From: a virus
Virus record (IMG/VR): IMGVR_UViG_3300042890_003772
Coordinates: 307 to 64,306 of that record
DNA length: 64,000 nt
Direction: 5' to 3' (one strand)
Shown: piece after piece, positions 1-9,691 of the stretch
Position numbering within the stretch: the first letter of the stretch is position 1
Layout of the letters: every line of letters starts with the position of its first letter
Made by a program: the position numbers and the translations under genes
The notes under the pieces: generated by a model
What the model was told of the DNA's origin: nothing
Seen by the model: only the letters and a program-made list of their open reading frames with translations
Database searches by the model: none

Positions 1-345
1 GTACAATTCACACACATACGCAAATGCTTCAATTTGCATTACAAATTCGTCTGTTTCAATCCAGTTATTAAATTCTGGATGATACAGTTTAAAATACTCA
101 ATTAACGATTGTTTAACTGCGGCAAAATCAAACGACGCAAAATTAATAAATTTACTTGCTTGGTAGATTTTGTCCCAAGATTCTGCTTTTGAAAGTGTAA
201 TGGCCATAGAGTTATCTGATGCTCGGACTAATTATAATATTTATTTGAATGCGCGTTAGCGGTTCCTGTGTAACTTTACTTATTTAGCGGTTTTAATAGC
301 TAGATGTTAAGTTATATAAATATTGTTTTGTACTGGAGCATAACG

Positions 346-816
346 ATGATAAACAAAGAATCAATAGATTTAATTAAATTCTATGAAAGTTGCGAGCTTG
401 AAGCGTATGAATGTGCAACTTCAAAGTCACTACCACCTGGGAAAAAGTTTTGGACTATTGGGTGGGGTAACACTTTTTACGCAGATGGACGCGCTGTCCA
501 CGCGACTGATAAAATTACACAAGCAGAAGCAGATAAACTTTTTGAAGATGTGCTTAAAACATTTGAAGATAAAGTATTAAAAGCGGTACAAGTACCTCTT
601 ACTGAAAATCAATTAGGTGCGTTAACCAGTTTTGCGTATAATTGTGGTATTGGTAACTTGAACGCGTCAACACTACTTAAAAAAGTAAACGCTAAAGATT
701 ATGCGGCTGCAGCTAAAGAGTTTCACAAGTGGAATAAATCAAACGGCAAAGTGCTAAAAGGTTTAGTTGCACGACGTGAAAAAGAATCACAATTATTTGA
801 ACATGTAGGTAGCTAA
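346..816 (+). CDS. Endolysin, phage lysozyme family (GH24-like)
   Basis: Translation has the ...TIGWGNT... core and the phage_lysozyme-like layout. GGAG lies 9 nt upstream of ATG 346 and TATAAATA at 315-322. The ORF track start at 304 is an upstream extension. Confidence 0.75.
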   Translation: MINKESIDLIKFYESCELEAYECATSKSLPPGKKFWTIGWGNTFYADGRAVHATDKITQAEADKLFEDVLKTFEDKVLKAVQVPLTENQLGALTSFAYNCGIGNLNASTLLKKVNAKDYAAAAKEFHKWNKSNGKVLKGLVARREKESQLFEHVGS

Positions 817-818
817 GC

Positions 819-1112
819 ATGAGTACACCATATGCTGTCAAAAATTATGCAGGTACAGTTGTAATTCCGAGTATAGCTGATAAGACAGGTAAAGATACTA
901 GTACCAGCTTATCGTTTTTTGGTAGACAATATCCAGATTACGGTCGGGAATTAAACACAAATGTATTGCATCTAATGGAACATTTTGCATCATCATCTGC
1001 CCCAACGAAGCCAGTTGTGGGGCAGCTATTTTATAATTCTGAAAAAAAGAATATGATGATTTGCACTAGCGCAGGCGTAACACCTGTTTGGGCTACACTT
1101 GCGCAAGCATAG
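819..1112 (+). CDS. Hypothetical protein
   Basis: 97-aa ORF coupled to the lysozyme stop (TAAGCATG). Confidence 0.45.
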   Translation: MSTPYAVKNYAGTVVIPSIADKTGKDTSTSLSFFGRQYPDYGRELNTNVLHLMEHFASSSAPTKPVVGQLFYNSEKKNMMICTSAGVTPVWATLAQA

Positions 1113-1556
1113 TTAATCCCACAGATGAGTAAAATATTTTGCAAATAAGCGCGCTCCGTTATCAAAGCGTGCTTTATTTGCAATATAGTCGTCATCATGA
1201 TCCCACATCATTGCATAGTTACTAAACACGTATATAATTTCATCAATTATATACGTCCAGCCTTCAATTTCATCTAAACCATTTGAATCTTTAGTATCAA
1301 ATGATGGAGGATATCCGTTGATACCTTCATCTTTAAATTTAATCATAACTGCTGCAATGATAGTAGCTAGTGTATCATCAGCATTCCATGTATCCCATTT
1401 ATCAACTTTAATATAGTTGATACGGTCCCACTCAATAAGTTTAAGCCATTTTAAACCGTTATGTATTTGATGGTTTAACTCATTTGAAATACCAAGCTTT
1501 TCAAAAAAGTCATAAAATGGTCTATGCTTTGACCAGTTCCCGGTATATATTTTCAT
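1113..1556 (-). CDS. Hypothetical protein
   Basis: 147-aa ORF. Its start overlaps the stop of the upstream minus-strand ORF. Confidence 0.5.
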   Translation of the reverse strand: MKIYTGNWSKHRPFYDFFEKLGISNELNHQIHNGLKWLKLIEWDRINYIKVDKWDTWNADDTLATIIAAVMIKFKDEGINGYPPSFDTKDSNGLDEIEGWTYIIDEIIYVFSNYAMMWDHDDDYIANKARFDNGARLFAKYFTHLWD

Positions 1557-1771
1557 TATTCTGCCCTAATTATATGGTATTGTTTCTCGTTAACGATAAC
1601 ATTATATCCAATTTCACCACATTGAGCTATTAAGAACTCAACAAACTGATCAAAGTATCGGTTAGTTACTACTTGTTTAACATCAGACTCACTAACAGTA
1701 ACACCCACGGGCGAGACTACTAATAGCTTTAAATAGGAGCTTAGCAATTTATAAAAGTTTGGTTTATTCAT
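1556..1771 (-). CDS. Hypothetical protein
   Basis: 71-aa ORF (MNKPNFYK...). Confidence 0.45.
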   Translation of the reverse strand: MNKPNFYKLLSSYLKLLVVSPVGVTVSESDVKQVVTNRYFDQFVEFLIAQCGEIGYNVIVNEKQYHIIRAE

Positions 1772-1924
1772 GATACCTCATCCTCGTGAACTACCTCAAT
1801 TATGTTCCATAAATTATTTTCATTCATTGCATTATGTAAACACATAGCATTAATTGCTTCATCGTAGTTATGAAATGGGATACTGTTATCATCTTTATCT
1901 ACTAGCATATACATAATATTGTCC
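1768..1924 (-). CDS. Hypothetical small protein (52 aa)
   Basis: Translated by hand: MYMLVDKDDNSIPFHNYDEAINAMCLHNAMNENNLWNIIEVVHEDEVS. Its stop overlaps the next start (ATGA). It is not in the ORF track because it is under 60 aa. Confidence 0.3.
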
Positions 1925-1934
1925 TATATTTGTT

Positions 1935-2177
1935 TTAAATGTTTGCACCACATATAGTGCAGATATGATCTTCTACTTGCTCGTGATCGCATGCATCTTG
2001 CAATCTATGCAGAGCCTGAACTCTAAGGTTTTTGGTCTGGATATATTTATCATATAATATTTTTGATTGATCTTGATACTTAACCGCTAATTCATATGCA
2101 GCTAAGTATTCATCTAATAAGATTACGGTGGATAGTTCAAGTTCTGCAAATTCGTTTTTAAGTGATGTTAACGACAT
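1935..2177 (-). CDS. Hypothetical protein with a C-terminal Cys/His cluster
   Basis: 80 aa ending ...CDHEQVEDHICTICGANI. Confidence 0.45.
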   Translation of the reverse strand: MSLTSLKNEFAELELSTVILLDEYLAAYELAVKYQDQSKILYDKYIQTKNLRVQALHRLQDACDHEQVEDHICTICGANI

Positions 2178-2249
2178 ATGTTGTCTCCTAATTTAGATGC
2201 TACATGATTGATATAAATATACGATTTACACTACAAATGAATAGTTGCC

Positions 2250-3266
2250 ATGAAATTATATGAATTATTTGAAGCTGAAGAATCTTCAGCACCTAAAACA
2301 AAACGATCAGCGTATGAGCAGTTGCTACCGTATAAGAATGATGCTGCTGTTTATATTAGTATGTCAAAAAACAGTAAGCCACCGATTAGCACTAAGTCAA
2401 CCGACGCTCCAGCCGGAATATATGCTTACCCGCTAAAGTCAACTTGGGCTAAGTATAATGTTGAGCAAAATCAAAACTTTGACAATTATCCGTATGCAAA
2501 CAACCACCCATATATTCATATCATAAAATTTCCACACGAAATCTTAGCTACTGATAGATATAGAAACTTAGAAAACGATATTAATGTTTTAAAAAATAGA
2601 TACTCACATTTAGTTAATCTAGATAAAGAACTTGAGCGCATTGCATACAAACAACCATTTGAAGCGTTCTGGCAATTAACAAAATACATTGCTAAAGAGT
2701 TAAGTCCTGAAAGATATCAACAACAATGGGCTAAAATTCTACTTGCTTTAAATTATAGTGGGTTTGCAGACTCTAATGAACTAATTCACGATGGTGAGCA
2801 AGTACAAGTACTGCTACTAAACAAAGACAAACTAGTTGTTCTAGATACTATTTTCAATAATGATTTTACGAAACGTAAATCAGAGTTACTGAGCATTTAC
2901 AACATTGATGCTCTTGAAGAAGCATTAGATGATAAAACTAAAAAAGTGAGTGTTATTTTAAGATCAATATCTGGTGAGTTATGTCAGAAACTTCAACGGT
3001 TGTTAGAATCAAAAGCTGCAGATCGCTCATTGTATGAATTCTTACACGGTCGTAGCGATACAGATGTTAAATTGTTATTGTTAGTATGGCTTAACGGTGT
3101 AGTAGATTTTAATAATGTCCGTACAAATCTTGCCACGTATCAGCAATCTGCGTTAAATGATAGCCCAGTAAGCTTGTTTGATTATGCTAAGCGCAACGTT
3201 AAGTTCCCATGGGTTCACGATACGCTTATTCACAATCTTGAATTATTCAAGTCAAAAGCTGGCTAG
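2250..3266 (+). CDS. Hypothetical protein with an N-terminal CTS-like signature (MKLYELFEAEE)
   Basis: 338-aa ORF with TATAAATA at 2212-2219. Its N-terminus resembles T4 internal-protein and Alt leaders. Confidence 0.55.
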   Translation: MKLYELFEAEESSAPKTKRSAYEQLLPYKNDAAVYISMSKNSKPPISTKSTDAPAGIYAYPLKSTWAKYNVEQNQNFDNYPYANNHPYIHIIKFPHEILATDRYRNLENDINVLKNRYSHLVNLDKELERIAYKQPFEAFWQLTKYIAKELSPERYQQQWAKILLALNYSGFADSNELIHDGEQVQVLLLNKDKLVVLDTIFNNDFTKRKSELLSIYNIDALEEALDDKTKKVSVILRSISGELCQKLQRLLESKAADRSLYEFLHGRSDTDVKLLLLVWLNGVVDFNNVRTNLATYQQSALNDSPVSLFDYAKRNVKFPWVHDTLIHNLELFKSKAG

Positions 3267-4025
3267 TTATTCCATACTAGCTGCGTTAATAAAATACAAA
3301 TGGGATGAAATATATTTTTCATCCCATACCGAATAAATTTCACTTAGCTTATCAGCAAGCTCTTTAAGTACTACATGGGTATGATGAAAGTTAACTGTTG
3401 CTATTCGATTATTTGCAAACGCGGTACCTATATGGCTTACTACATCATTATCGCGAATTGAAAAATGATTAATCCATGGTAGCTGTATCATAACATTAGA
3501 TGGTAATGTTTGATCTATATTCAATGTATCATCCAACATCTCATTATTAACAACGAGCTGCACATTGTATTGCTGGTTACCAGTAAAGGTAACAGATAAT
3601 TTATCACTATCTGCTAGTTTCCATATAAGCGTAATATTACCATCAATAGATGCCATTAACGGTATTGAAAATAACGAGTATGTTTGTACAAAAGTATATG
3701 CATCATCAATAACTGTAGGTGCAAGCTTATTAGCTAATCTACTATCTGTTTCTTCTATCCAAGTAATTAATTCAGACACAATGTTAGTAGCCATAACATT
3801 AAATTGAGCTTTTACACGGTAAGGTGTATCACAATGTGTACATGTAATTACCTTATTAGCCTCTAATAGACCAGCTAATACATCAATGGGTGTCTGTTCA
3901 AAGCGTTCGTATTCAGCAAGTACGCAATCACCACCTTTAGATTGTATCTGGTTACCTGTACCACATTTAGGGCAGTGCAGCGTTGTAGTATCAAACATAC
4001 CCATATCAAAATGTCTCCAATTCAT
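3267..4025 (-). CDS. Zinc-ribbon protein (CPKCG...CTHCD)
   Basis: 252 aa with two CxxC pairs near the N-terminus. Translationally coupled to the downstream nucleotidyltransferase gene. Confidence 0.5.
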   Translation of the reverse strand: MNWRHFDMGMFDTTTLHCPKCGTGNQIQSKGGDCVLAEYERFEQTPIDVLAGLLEANKVITCTHCDTPYRVKAQFNVMATNIVSELITWIEETDSRLANKLAPTVIDDAYTFVQTYSLFSIPLMASIDGNITLIWKLADSDKLSVTFTGNQQYNVQLVVNNEMLDDTLNIDQTLPSNVMIQLPWINHFSIRDNDVVSHIGTAFANNRIATVNFHHTHVVLKELADKLSEIYSVWDEKYISSHLYFINAASME

Positions 4026-4957
4026 TACAATGTCTTTTTTACAATATCAAGATGTATGGTCTCAATAACCGTATTCCAAAATTCACGATCTACGTCTTGC
4101 GGTAGTGTAGATTCATCTGATAACGCTAATGTTTCTTTAGTGATTCGTTCAATTTCTGGTTCGACCTCCGTCAAAAAATCTAGCTCACCAGCTTTAACCT
4201 TTATCAGAAAATCTGTTTCATCTAGTGGATATTCAAAGTAACCTTTAGTAAAGATGTCTCGAGCTTGATACCCGGCACGTAAGCAGTGCGACACAGCTTT
4301 CCAATCAACTCCAAGATTTTCTTTTGCTAATTTAGAACGCTCTCCATAATTTGCATAAATTTTTTCAAGCGTATCTAGCATATACTTAATTTTTAGATTG
4401 TCTTGAAACTTGCTACCAGCAAATTCATAGTATCTGTTACCTTTGTAGTCGATCCACTTTCCAAAGTCATTTATTGGAAAGTACATATCTTCAACAACTA
4501 AGTTAGCGTCGTGGTTTTTAAGGTAGTCAATGAGTTTTTCTAACTCACCAACCCGTGAGCCTTTAATGCCATATTTAGCTGCTTGTTTACGTACGTATCC
4601 AATATATGACTTCATTGATTTTGTATAAAATCGATGGCGATTACTCACAAGAAAATCCCAGATATCACTGGTGACAATACGTTTATCTACACCACCATGC
4701 AACATATCAAGTGCAACCGTTTCACCTTTACACGCAAGATCAATAAAGTAACTTAATGAGTAAAATGTACGATCAATATCATCTTTAGTATTTTTACCAG
4801 AATGATTGCTGGTGCTCTTGTCGACGTGATAGCTTGCTTTACCTAATAAAATTTCACTAGCGGTAGGTAAAACTATACCTTTATAATCCTTATCGGAGTT
4901 AGGTGTGTCTAAATCGTACAAGTGACTACCGAACAATGTTTCAACTATAATATTCAT
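4025..4957 (-). CDS. Predicted nucleotidyltransferase (pol-beta superfamily)
   Basis: The N-terminus FGSHLYDLDTPNSDKDYKGIV fits the G[GS]-x9-SDxD minimal nucleotidyltransferase motif, as in the PF10127-type family. Confidence 0.5.
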   Translation of the reverse strand: MNIIVETLFGSHLYDLDTPNSDKDYKGIVLPTASEILLGKASYHVDKSTSNHSGKNTKDDIDRTFYSLSYFIDLACKGETVALDMLHGGVDKRIVTSDIWDFLVSNRHRFYTKSMKSYIGYVRKQAAKYGIKGSRVGELEKLIDYLKNHDANLVVEDMYFPINDFGKWIDYKGNRYYEFAGSKFQDNLKIKYMLDTLEKIYANYGERSKLAKENLGVDWKAVSHCLRAGYQARDIFTKGYFEYPLDETDFLIKVKAGELDFLTEVEPEIERITKETLALSDESTLPQDVDREFWNTVIETIHLDIVKKTL

Positions 4958-5166
4958 TTACTGTTCCTAAAGATTTCATCAAACTTAAAGTCTAACGCTT
5001 GTTGCATACGAGCAGTACTTTTAGATGGGGTGTCACGTGCAACGCTTTCTGCGTGACACATACTGCGATCGGACATAATTTGTTTAAGTTCTAGTTCTGA
5101 TATCATAGCAGATCTACTAATTTTACTATTTAAGTTTTGGTCGTTAACTACCATAGTATTCACCAT
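4954..5166 (-). CDS. Hypothetical protein
   Basis: 70-aa ORF inside an overlapping minus-strand operon. Confidence 0.4.
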   Translation of the reverse strand: MVNTMVVNDQNLNSKISRSAMISELELKQIMSDRSMCHAESVARDTPSKSTARMQQALDFKFDEIFRNSK

Positions 5167-5391
5167 TTAAAAAATAACGTTTGCATAACGTAAGAACATT
5201 TTATTTACATCTTCACGAAACTTACGAGTAATTGCAGCATTTTTGTTTATTTGTAACTGTGTAGCAAATATACCGCATTGATCGCACTCACTAAAATACG
5301 ACGGTAGCTCTTTAACTACACCTCTATGTTCAAAAATCTCTAGATCTTCAAACGATACCGCGGTATCATCTCCGCATATACTACAAAGCAT
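5167..5391 (-). CDS. Small C4 zinc-ribbon protein
   Basis: MLCSICGDD...CDQCG. Confidence 0.45.
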   Translation of the reverse strand: MLCSICGDDTAVSFEDLEIFEHRGVVKELPSYFSECDQCGIFATQLQINKNAAITRKFREDVNKMFLRYANVIF

Positions 5392-5448
5392 TCTAAACCT
5401 CTTTATAATTGATTTAAAATACTATTGTAGTATATTTTAACATAAAAA

Positions 5449-6570
5449 TCAAATGGTATCTGCACTAAATTCAATATTTAGTACGTACTTTTTAAAGTAA
5501 TCAATATAGTTAACTTCTTTATGCCTAAATGCAGCAATCATTAAATGAAACAATGGATTATCTTTATGCTTTAAGCAAAAATCTTTAACTTCTAATCCAC
5601 CATCAATTACTACTGTAGCATCAACTGCAAGTGTAAGATCTCGTAATAAGTTAACCGCGCGGGTTTCAATAGCTTCTACTTTATTAAACAGTTCTGTATC
5701 ACCAATGCTGACACAATAAGCTTTAAAATCGTCTACTTTTTCATCTGCAACCATTTCCGCGATATTACGTTCAGTTGTAAATGTGCAGTTATGATGTAGT
5801 AAGTCGTACCAAGCACATTTCCATTTATATCGCTCACCTGCACTTGTTTCAAAAACATAGCCTTCAAAATTTTCAGCTGAGGCTAGCACATCTTTTAATT
5901 TTCCTAACCAATTTACATCATTAGTATCAACTGAAAATCTATCTACTAGGTTGATAGTACGAAATAATTTATTACATAGCTCAAGAAGCTCACTATAAGT
6001 CCAATACCTACCAGTAATATTCTCACGTACAGCTAATAATGTTAGCTTTACTTCATCGTATTTTAATACAATACGATTACTAGGTGCGGTATATTCAAAA
6101 ATTGGAGTAGCTTTAATTTCTTGAGTTAATAGATACTCACTTAATCGATATTCAGGAGACTCATCATTAAATATAGCGTTTACGTTCTGACTAATTTCAT
6201 TATCAAAACTCTTTTTAGTTTTAAAAACAATCTTATCATTAATGCGTACAGGTGAAATCATTGACCCATCACGCTTATCATAAGTTGATTGAATATCATT
6301 CCAGTCAATAACTTCTTCTTTTGTTTCAGGACGCTCGTTTACATTAAAGAATTTATGAAATGTTCTCGATGCAACATTACCTTCTGCGTCAAATGTGATA
6401 CCTCTACATTCACGAGCCCACTCTGCGTCTTCACCAGCAAATGTATCTCGATCTTGAAACATATAGCTAATTACTGTACAACCATTTTCATGTCTAACTA
6501 CGTTAATTTCAGACTTATCGCTGATATGTGGTAGTAAGTCGTTGATATTATTAATAATTGGAAAAGTCAT
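5449..6570 (-). CDS. rnlA: RNA ligase 1 (T4 gp63 / Rnl1 family)
   Basis: ECRGITFDAEGNV...HKFFNVNERP...DGSMISP...KIVFKTKKS is collinear with the T4 Rnl1 motifs ECRGIMFE...EKFFNLNENP...DGSLVST...EILFKSKGS. Confidence 0.8.
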   Translation of the reverse strand: MTFPIINNINDLLPHISDKSEINVVRHENGCTVISYMFQDRDTFAGEDAEWARECRGITFDAEGNVASRTFHKFFNVNERPETKEEVIDWNDIQSTYDKRDGSMISPVRINDKIVFKTKKSFDNEISQNVNAIFNDESPEYRLSEYLLTQEIKATPIFEYTAPSNRIVLKYDEVKLTLLAVRENITGRYWTYSELLELCNKLFRTINLVDRFSVDTNDVNWLGKLKDVLASAENFEGYVFETSAGERYKWKCAWYDLLHHNCTFTTERNIAEMVADEKVDDFKAYCVSIGDTELFNKVEAIETRAVNLLRDLTLAVDATVVIDGGLEVKDFCLKHKDNPLFHLMIAAFRHKEVNYIDYFKKYVLNIEFSADTI

Positions 6571-6609
6571 TTATGCACCTTTTGATTTAATTGATTGCTT
6601 TAAAATAAT

Positions 6610-6638
6610 ATTATAGTACAATTATAGTGTTAAGTCAA
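6610..6638 (-). promoter_or_regulatory. Consensus sigma70-type early promoter, TTGACT-N17-TATAAT
   Basis: The reverse complement reads ttaacTTGACTtaacactataattgtacTATAATattatttta, which would drive rnlA. Confidence 0.6.
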
Positions 6639-6946
6639 GTTAAATATTGTACTCTGCGATAATTCTTACGAACGTTACCTACCGTGTTCCACATGATAAG
6701 TCTTTTTGTCTCAAATACGACACATTGATGGTATAAATCATCTAAGTTATATTCAATACAGATGCACCCGTCCTCAGTAGTACAGGTACGTGTGATAGAT
6801 GCGTCTGTATACCGATCAAGCCATTGCAGTGCTCTAGCTCTCAGCGATTCATCATATAAATTAGTTAGATTATTAATATCGTCAATGTGTTGTTGCATTT
6901 GTATTCCCTTCAAATAACCTATATTCAATGCGAGATATTCCTTCAT
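6635..6946 (-). CDS. Hypothetical protein
   Basis: 103-aa ORF. Its 5' end overlaps the 3' end of the upstream kinase gene, and the true start may be the internal Met near 6898. Confidence 0.35.
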   Translation of the reverse strand: MKEYLALNIGYLKGIQMQQHIDDINNLTNLYDESLRARALQWLDRYTDASITRTCTTEDGCICIEYNLDDLYHQCVVFETKRLIMWNTVGNVRKNYRRVQYLT

Positions 6947-8003
6947 TATACATAGGTAGTGTAAACGATTTCATCATATGTAAGTATACATCATCACTTA
7001 TAGATTTACCAGCTTGACTTCTAATTTCATTGCGCCGTGCAAGTTCTGACATACCAGTTAAAAATAGTATGCACTCAACTCTATAATGTTTACCAAACTG
7101 ACCAATCCAACGACGTCTTGATTTTTTGCTCAAATTAGTCATATCGACAACTACGTTTGCATTAGTTGATTTAGCGGACTGAACTACTCTAGCAATTTCA
7201 TCATCGATAGCGGTTTTAACTTGCTTATCATTAGCTTGTAAGTGAAACGCTTCATTGTATGTAATGTTCATACGAGCTGCAATAGCTTCAAGCACGTTAT
7301 CTCTGGAGATAACAATTGTATCTGCAGGTAACGTTTCAACGTATGAAGATTTACCGCTACCAGGTAGACCACATAGTATAGTTAATCTATTTTTAGTAAT
7401 ATTAATATCAGGTTTATCAACTAACCGATCAACAATTGTTTTTGTGCGGTTAACTATTAATTCACCTAATTTAGTTCGAGCATCAGCACCTTTTGCAAAT
7501 CTACCGAGTGTGTCGCATCGAGTAATTCGACTAACATACGATAAAAACGTACGTTCACCTTCAAATATATTAAGAGCTTTTTCATCTAGCACAATGTCAT
7601 TATCTTCAATTAATACTAAATCAAATAGTAAACTGTGACCAGCTATAGTACGCAGAGTCATTATTTTATCTTCTGTTGACATATCTGTTCTATTTAATAT
7701 ATCAATCGCTAAAAACATGCTAATCGATTCATGTTGTACAAATCTAGCACGTGTTTTTTCTGGAATCTCGATACGAGCTGATGGTTTGCCGATATCATGT
7801 AGCAATGCAGCCCATTGTACAATATCATCTTCATTATATAATTCAGCTATTTTAGCCACCATAAGTGTATGAGTACTCACACGACCTTCTAGGTGATACG
7901 GGTTTAATGTAGTTGCATTAAAATGGTGATTACTGTTCTCCATATCACTCCACAATTTAGGGAATTCTATTTGCAACCACTCTACTTTTTGATTTGTGTC
8001 CAT
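6882..8003 (-). CDS. Bifunctional HD-domain phosphohydrolase / P-loop polynucleotide 5'-kinase (RNA end-healing enzyme)
   Basis: The N-terminal half has HD motifs (H...LLHDIGK). The C-terminal half has a Walker A motif (GLPGSGKSS) and a kinase-like region. It sits next to rnlA. The ATG at 8003 is preferred over the GTG at 8015. Confidence 0.6.
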   Translation of the reverse strand: MDTNQKVEWLQIEFPKLWSDMENSNHHFNATTLNPYHLEGRVSTHTLMVAKIAELYNEDDIVQWAALLHDIGKPSARIEIPEKTRARFVQHESISMFLAIDILNRTDMSTEDKIMTLRTIAGHSLLFDLVLIEDNDIVLDEKALNIFEGERTFLSYVSRITRCDTLGRFAKGADARTKLGELIVNRTKTIVDRLVDKPDINITKNRLTILCGLPGSGKSSYVETLPADTIVISRDNVLEAIAARMNITYNEAFHLQANDKQVKTAIDDEIARVVQSAKSTNANVVVDMTNLSKKSRRRWIGQFGKHYRVECILFLTGMSELARRNEIRSQAGKSISDDVYLHMMKSFTLPMYNEGISRIEYRLFEGNTNATTH

Positions 8004-8029
8004 AATAATCACCACGATAAAAAAATAAT

Positions 8030-8058
8030 ATTATAGTACACCTGCAATTATAAATCAA
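8030..8058 (-). promoter_or_regulatory. Sigma70-type early promoter, TTGATT-N17-TATAAT
   Basis: The reverse complement reads TTGATTtataattgcaggtgtacTATAATattattttt. It shares a 19-nt core with the rnlA promoter. Confidence 0.55.
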
Positions 8059-8121
8059 GTTATACGTGCATGTTATATGGAATAAATATATAATATACAC
8101 CTTAGATTTATGGAGCTATGT

Positions 8122-8376
8122 ATGCAATACGCTTTTAAGCACACAGTAACTGCTGTAAAATGGAATGGTAATAACTATCAAGCCATTTATGATATGACGG
8201 CTCAATTTAATTTAGAAAACACTCTTATATATGATGGTTCAAAATCATTATATGTAGGTGAAGAAGAGGCTGCGTTAGGTGAATACGTAGTTGTATGGCC
8301 TACTGTACCTGGTACTATTCAATCTGTGCTATACGACGAAGCATCATTTGAACATCAATTTGGAAAACTTCATTAA
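8122..8376 (+). CDS. Hypothetical protein
   Basis: ORF with GGAG 6 nt upstream of ATG 8122. Confidence 0.4.
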   Translation: MQYAFKHTVTAVKWNGNNYQAIYDMTAQFNLENTLIYDGSKSLYVGEEEAALGEYVVVWPTVPGTIQSVLYDEASFEHQFGKLH

Positions 8377-9101
8377 TATTTTCCATACCAATCAACTGGA
8401 GGAGTCTGCCCGCGTATAATATATTTACGTTCTGCAGATTTTAGACTATCAACCTGCTGCAAGCCAATAGGATTACGTATTGGACTAGTAAAGAATTGTA
8501 CTATAGCAGGCATTACAGTCGCCACCTCCTCATCTACACCTAGTATTTGCAACGGATAGTGTGCATTATTAAACACTTTTTGCATCTTTTCAATCGTTCT
8601 AGGTTTTGATTCGTGCGTATCTTTAATATACTCTGGTGGCACAAAGCGTCTACGTGATTCAGCCCGAGTTAATGATCGCTCTAATTCAGATTCTTTATAT
8701 AACATCATTACATCATAACCGTATTGACGTAGTCTACGCATACGCACGATAGTGCTATGAACATTAGATGCGGTAGTGTCAATAATAACTGGTAGCATAC
8801 TGGTTAGGTATAACTCAAGTTGTGATGACATTAACTCTTTAGTTCTATTTTGAATTGATACTGCTCCTGGAGCCTCAACTTCAGCGCTTGTACTAATAGG
8901 TACATCATGCTTCTTGCTCAAGTATTCATAAAATTTATCGTAATCTAATACGCGTGGTTTAATGCTATGTGATACAGTTAGTTCTTGAATAATATCTTTC
9001 ACGATTGTGCTTTTTCCACTAGCAGGAATACCACCTAAGAATAAGCACTTAAAAATACCTTTGTCGTAGATTCCTTCTGATAATATGTCATGCAATTTCA
9101 T
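8373..9101 (-). CDS. P-loop kinase-like protein with an N-terminal CTS-like signature (MKLHDILSEG)
   Basis: Walker A motif GGIPASGKST. Translationally coupled to the upstream ADP-ribosyltransferase gene (ATGA). Confidence 0.5.
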   Translation of the reverse strand: MKLHDILSEGIYDKGIFKCLFLGGIPASGKSTIVKDIIQELTVSHSIKPRVLDYDKFYEYLSKKHDVPISTSAEVEAPGAVSIQNRTKELMSSQLELYLTSMLPVIIDTTASNVHSTIVRMRRLRQYGYDVMMLYKESELERSLTRAESRRRFVPPEYIKDTHESKPRTIEKMQKVFNNAHYPLQILGVDEEVATVMPAIVQFFTSPIRNPIGLQQVDSLKSAERKYIIRGQTPPVDWYGKY

Positions 9102-9691
9102 GAAAGTGCCTCTTCTAAATGATCAAACCATAAGTCCATTGTGACCACGTAACAGTTATTAGCAATCATAACTTCACTACCATCTTCTAATGCTGCGTGG
9201 AGGTTCTTAGATATATATGTTGAAAGATATTGATCTAATTTTTGATAGAATTGTTGATCATATTTTTTTGCTGGATCTGCATCTTTACTAGATTCAAGCT
9301 TTGACACTGTATCGTACAAATCACCTACTTGAGGGCTCCACAAGTACTTTAATGGTCCAATAGGAAACAACACATATGCTTCACCATAAACTTCTGCAAC
9401 TTCCCAATCAGAGGTTGCAAAGATCGCATTACGGAATGGTAACCCAGCATGCTTAGTAAAGTAATCGTTAATATAATTATGAATCGTTATATTAGTATCT
9501 TTAGGACTTCTACTATCTAGTGATGGATGAATAACGGTCATTGGTGGTATATTGCTATCTTGTATTCCTCGAGATAATGGCACCCCAACGTTATTATACT
9601 CCGCAATAATTGGAGCACAATCACGTTTTAATATTGCTACAATTTCATCGATGCTATGATTATCATTATTAAGAATTTCATTTAGTTTCAT
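9098..9691 (-). CDS. ADP-ribosyltransferase, ModA/ModB/Alt-like, paralog 3
   Basis: The R (PLSRG), STS (IFATSDWE) and E (GSEVMIAN) motifs match T4 ModA (PLWRG, VVSASYD, EQEVMIP). N-terminus MKLNEIL. Confidence 0.55.
   Translation of the reverse strand: MKLNEILNNDNHSIDEIVAILKRDCAPIIAEYNNVGVPLSRGIQDSNIPPMTVIHPSLDSRSPKDTNITIHNYINDYFTKHAGLPFRNAIFATSDWEVAEVYGEAYVLFPIGPLKYLWSPQVGDLYDTVSKLESSKDADPAKKYDQQFYQKLDQYLSTYISKNLHAALEDGSEVMIANNCYVVTMDLWFDHLEEALS

Noticed and set aside
383-580. A 65-aa ORF in an alternative frame inside the lysozyme gene.
   Set aside because: It lies fully inside a homolog-supported CDS.
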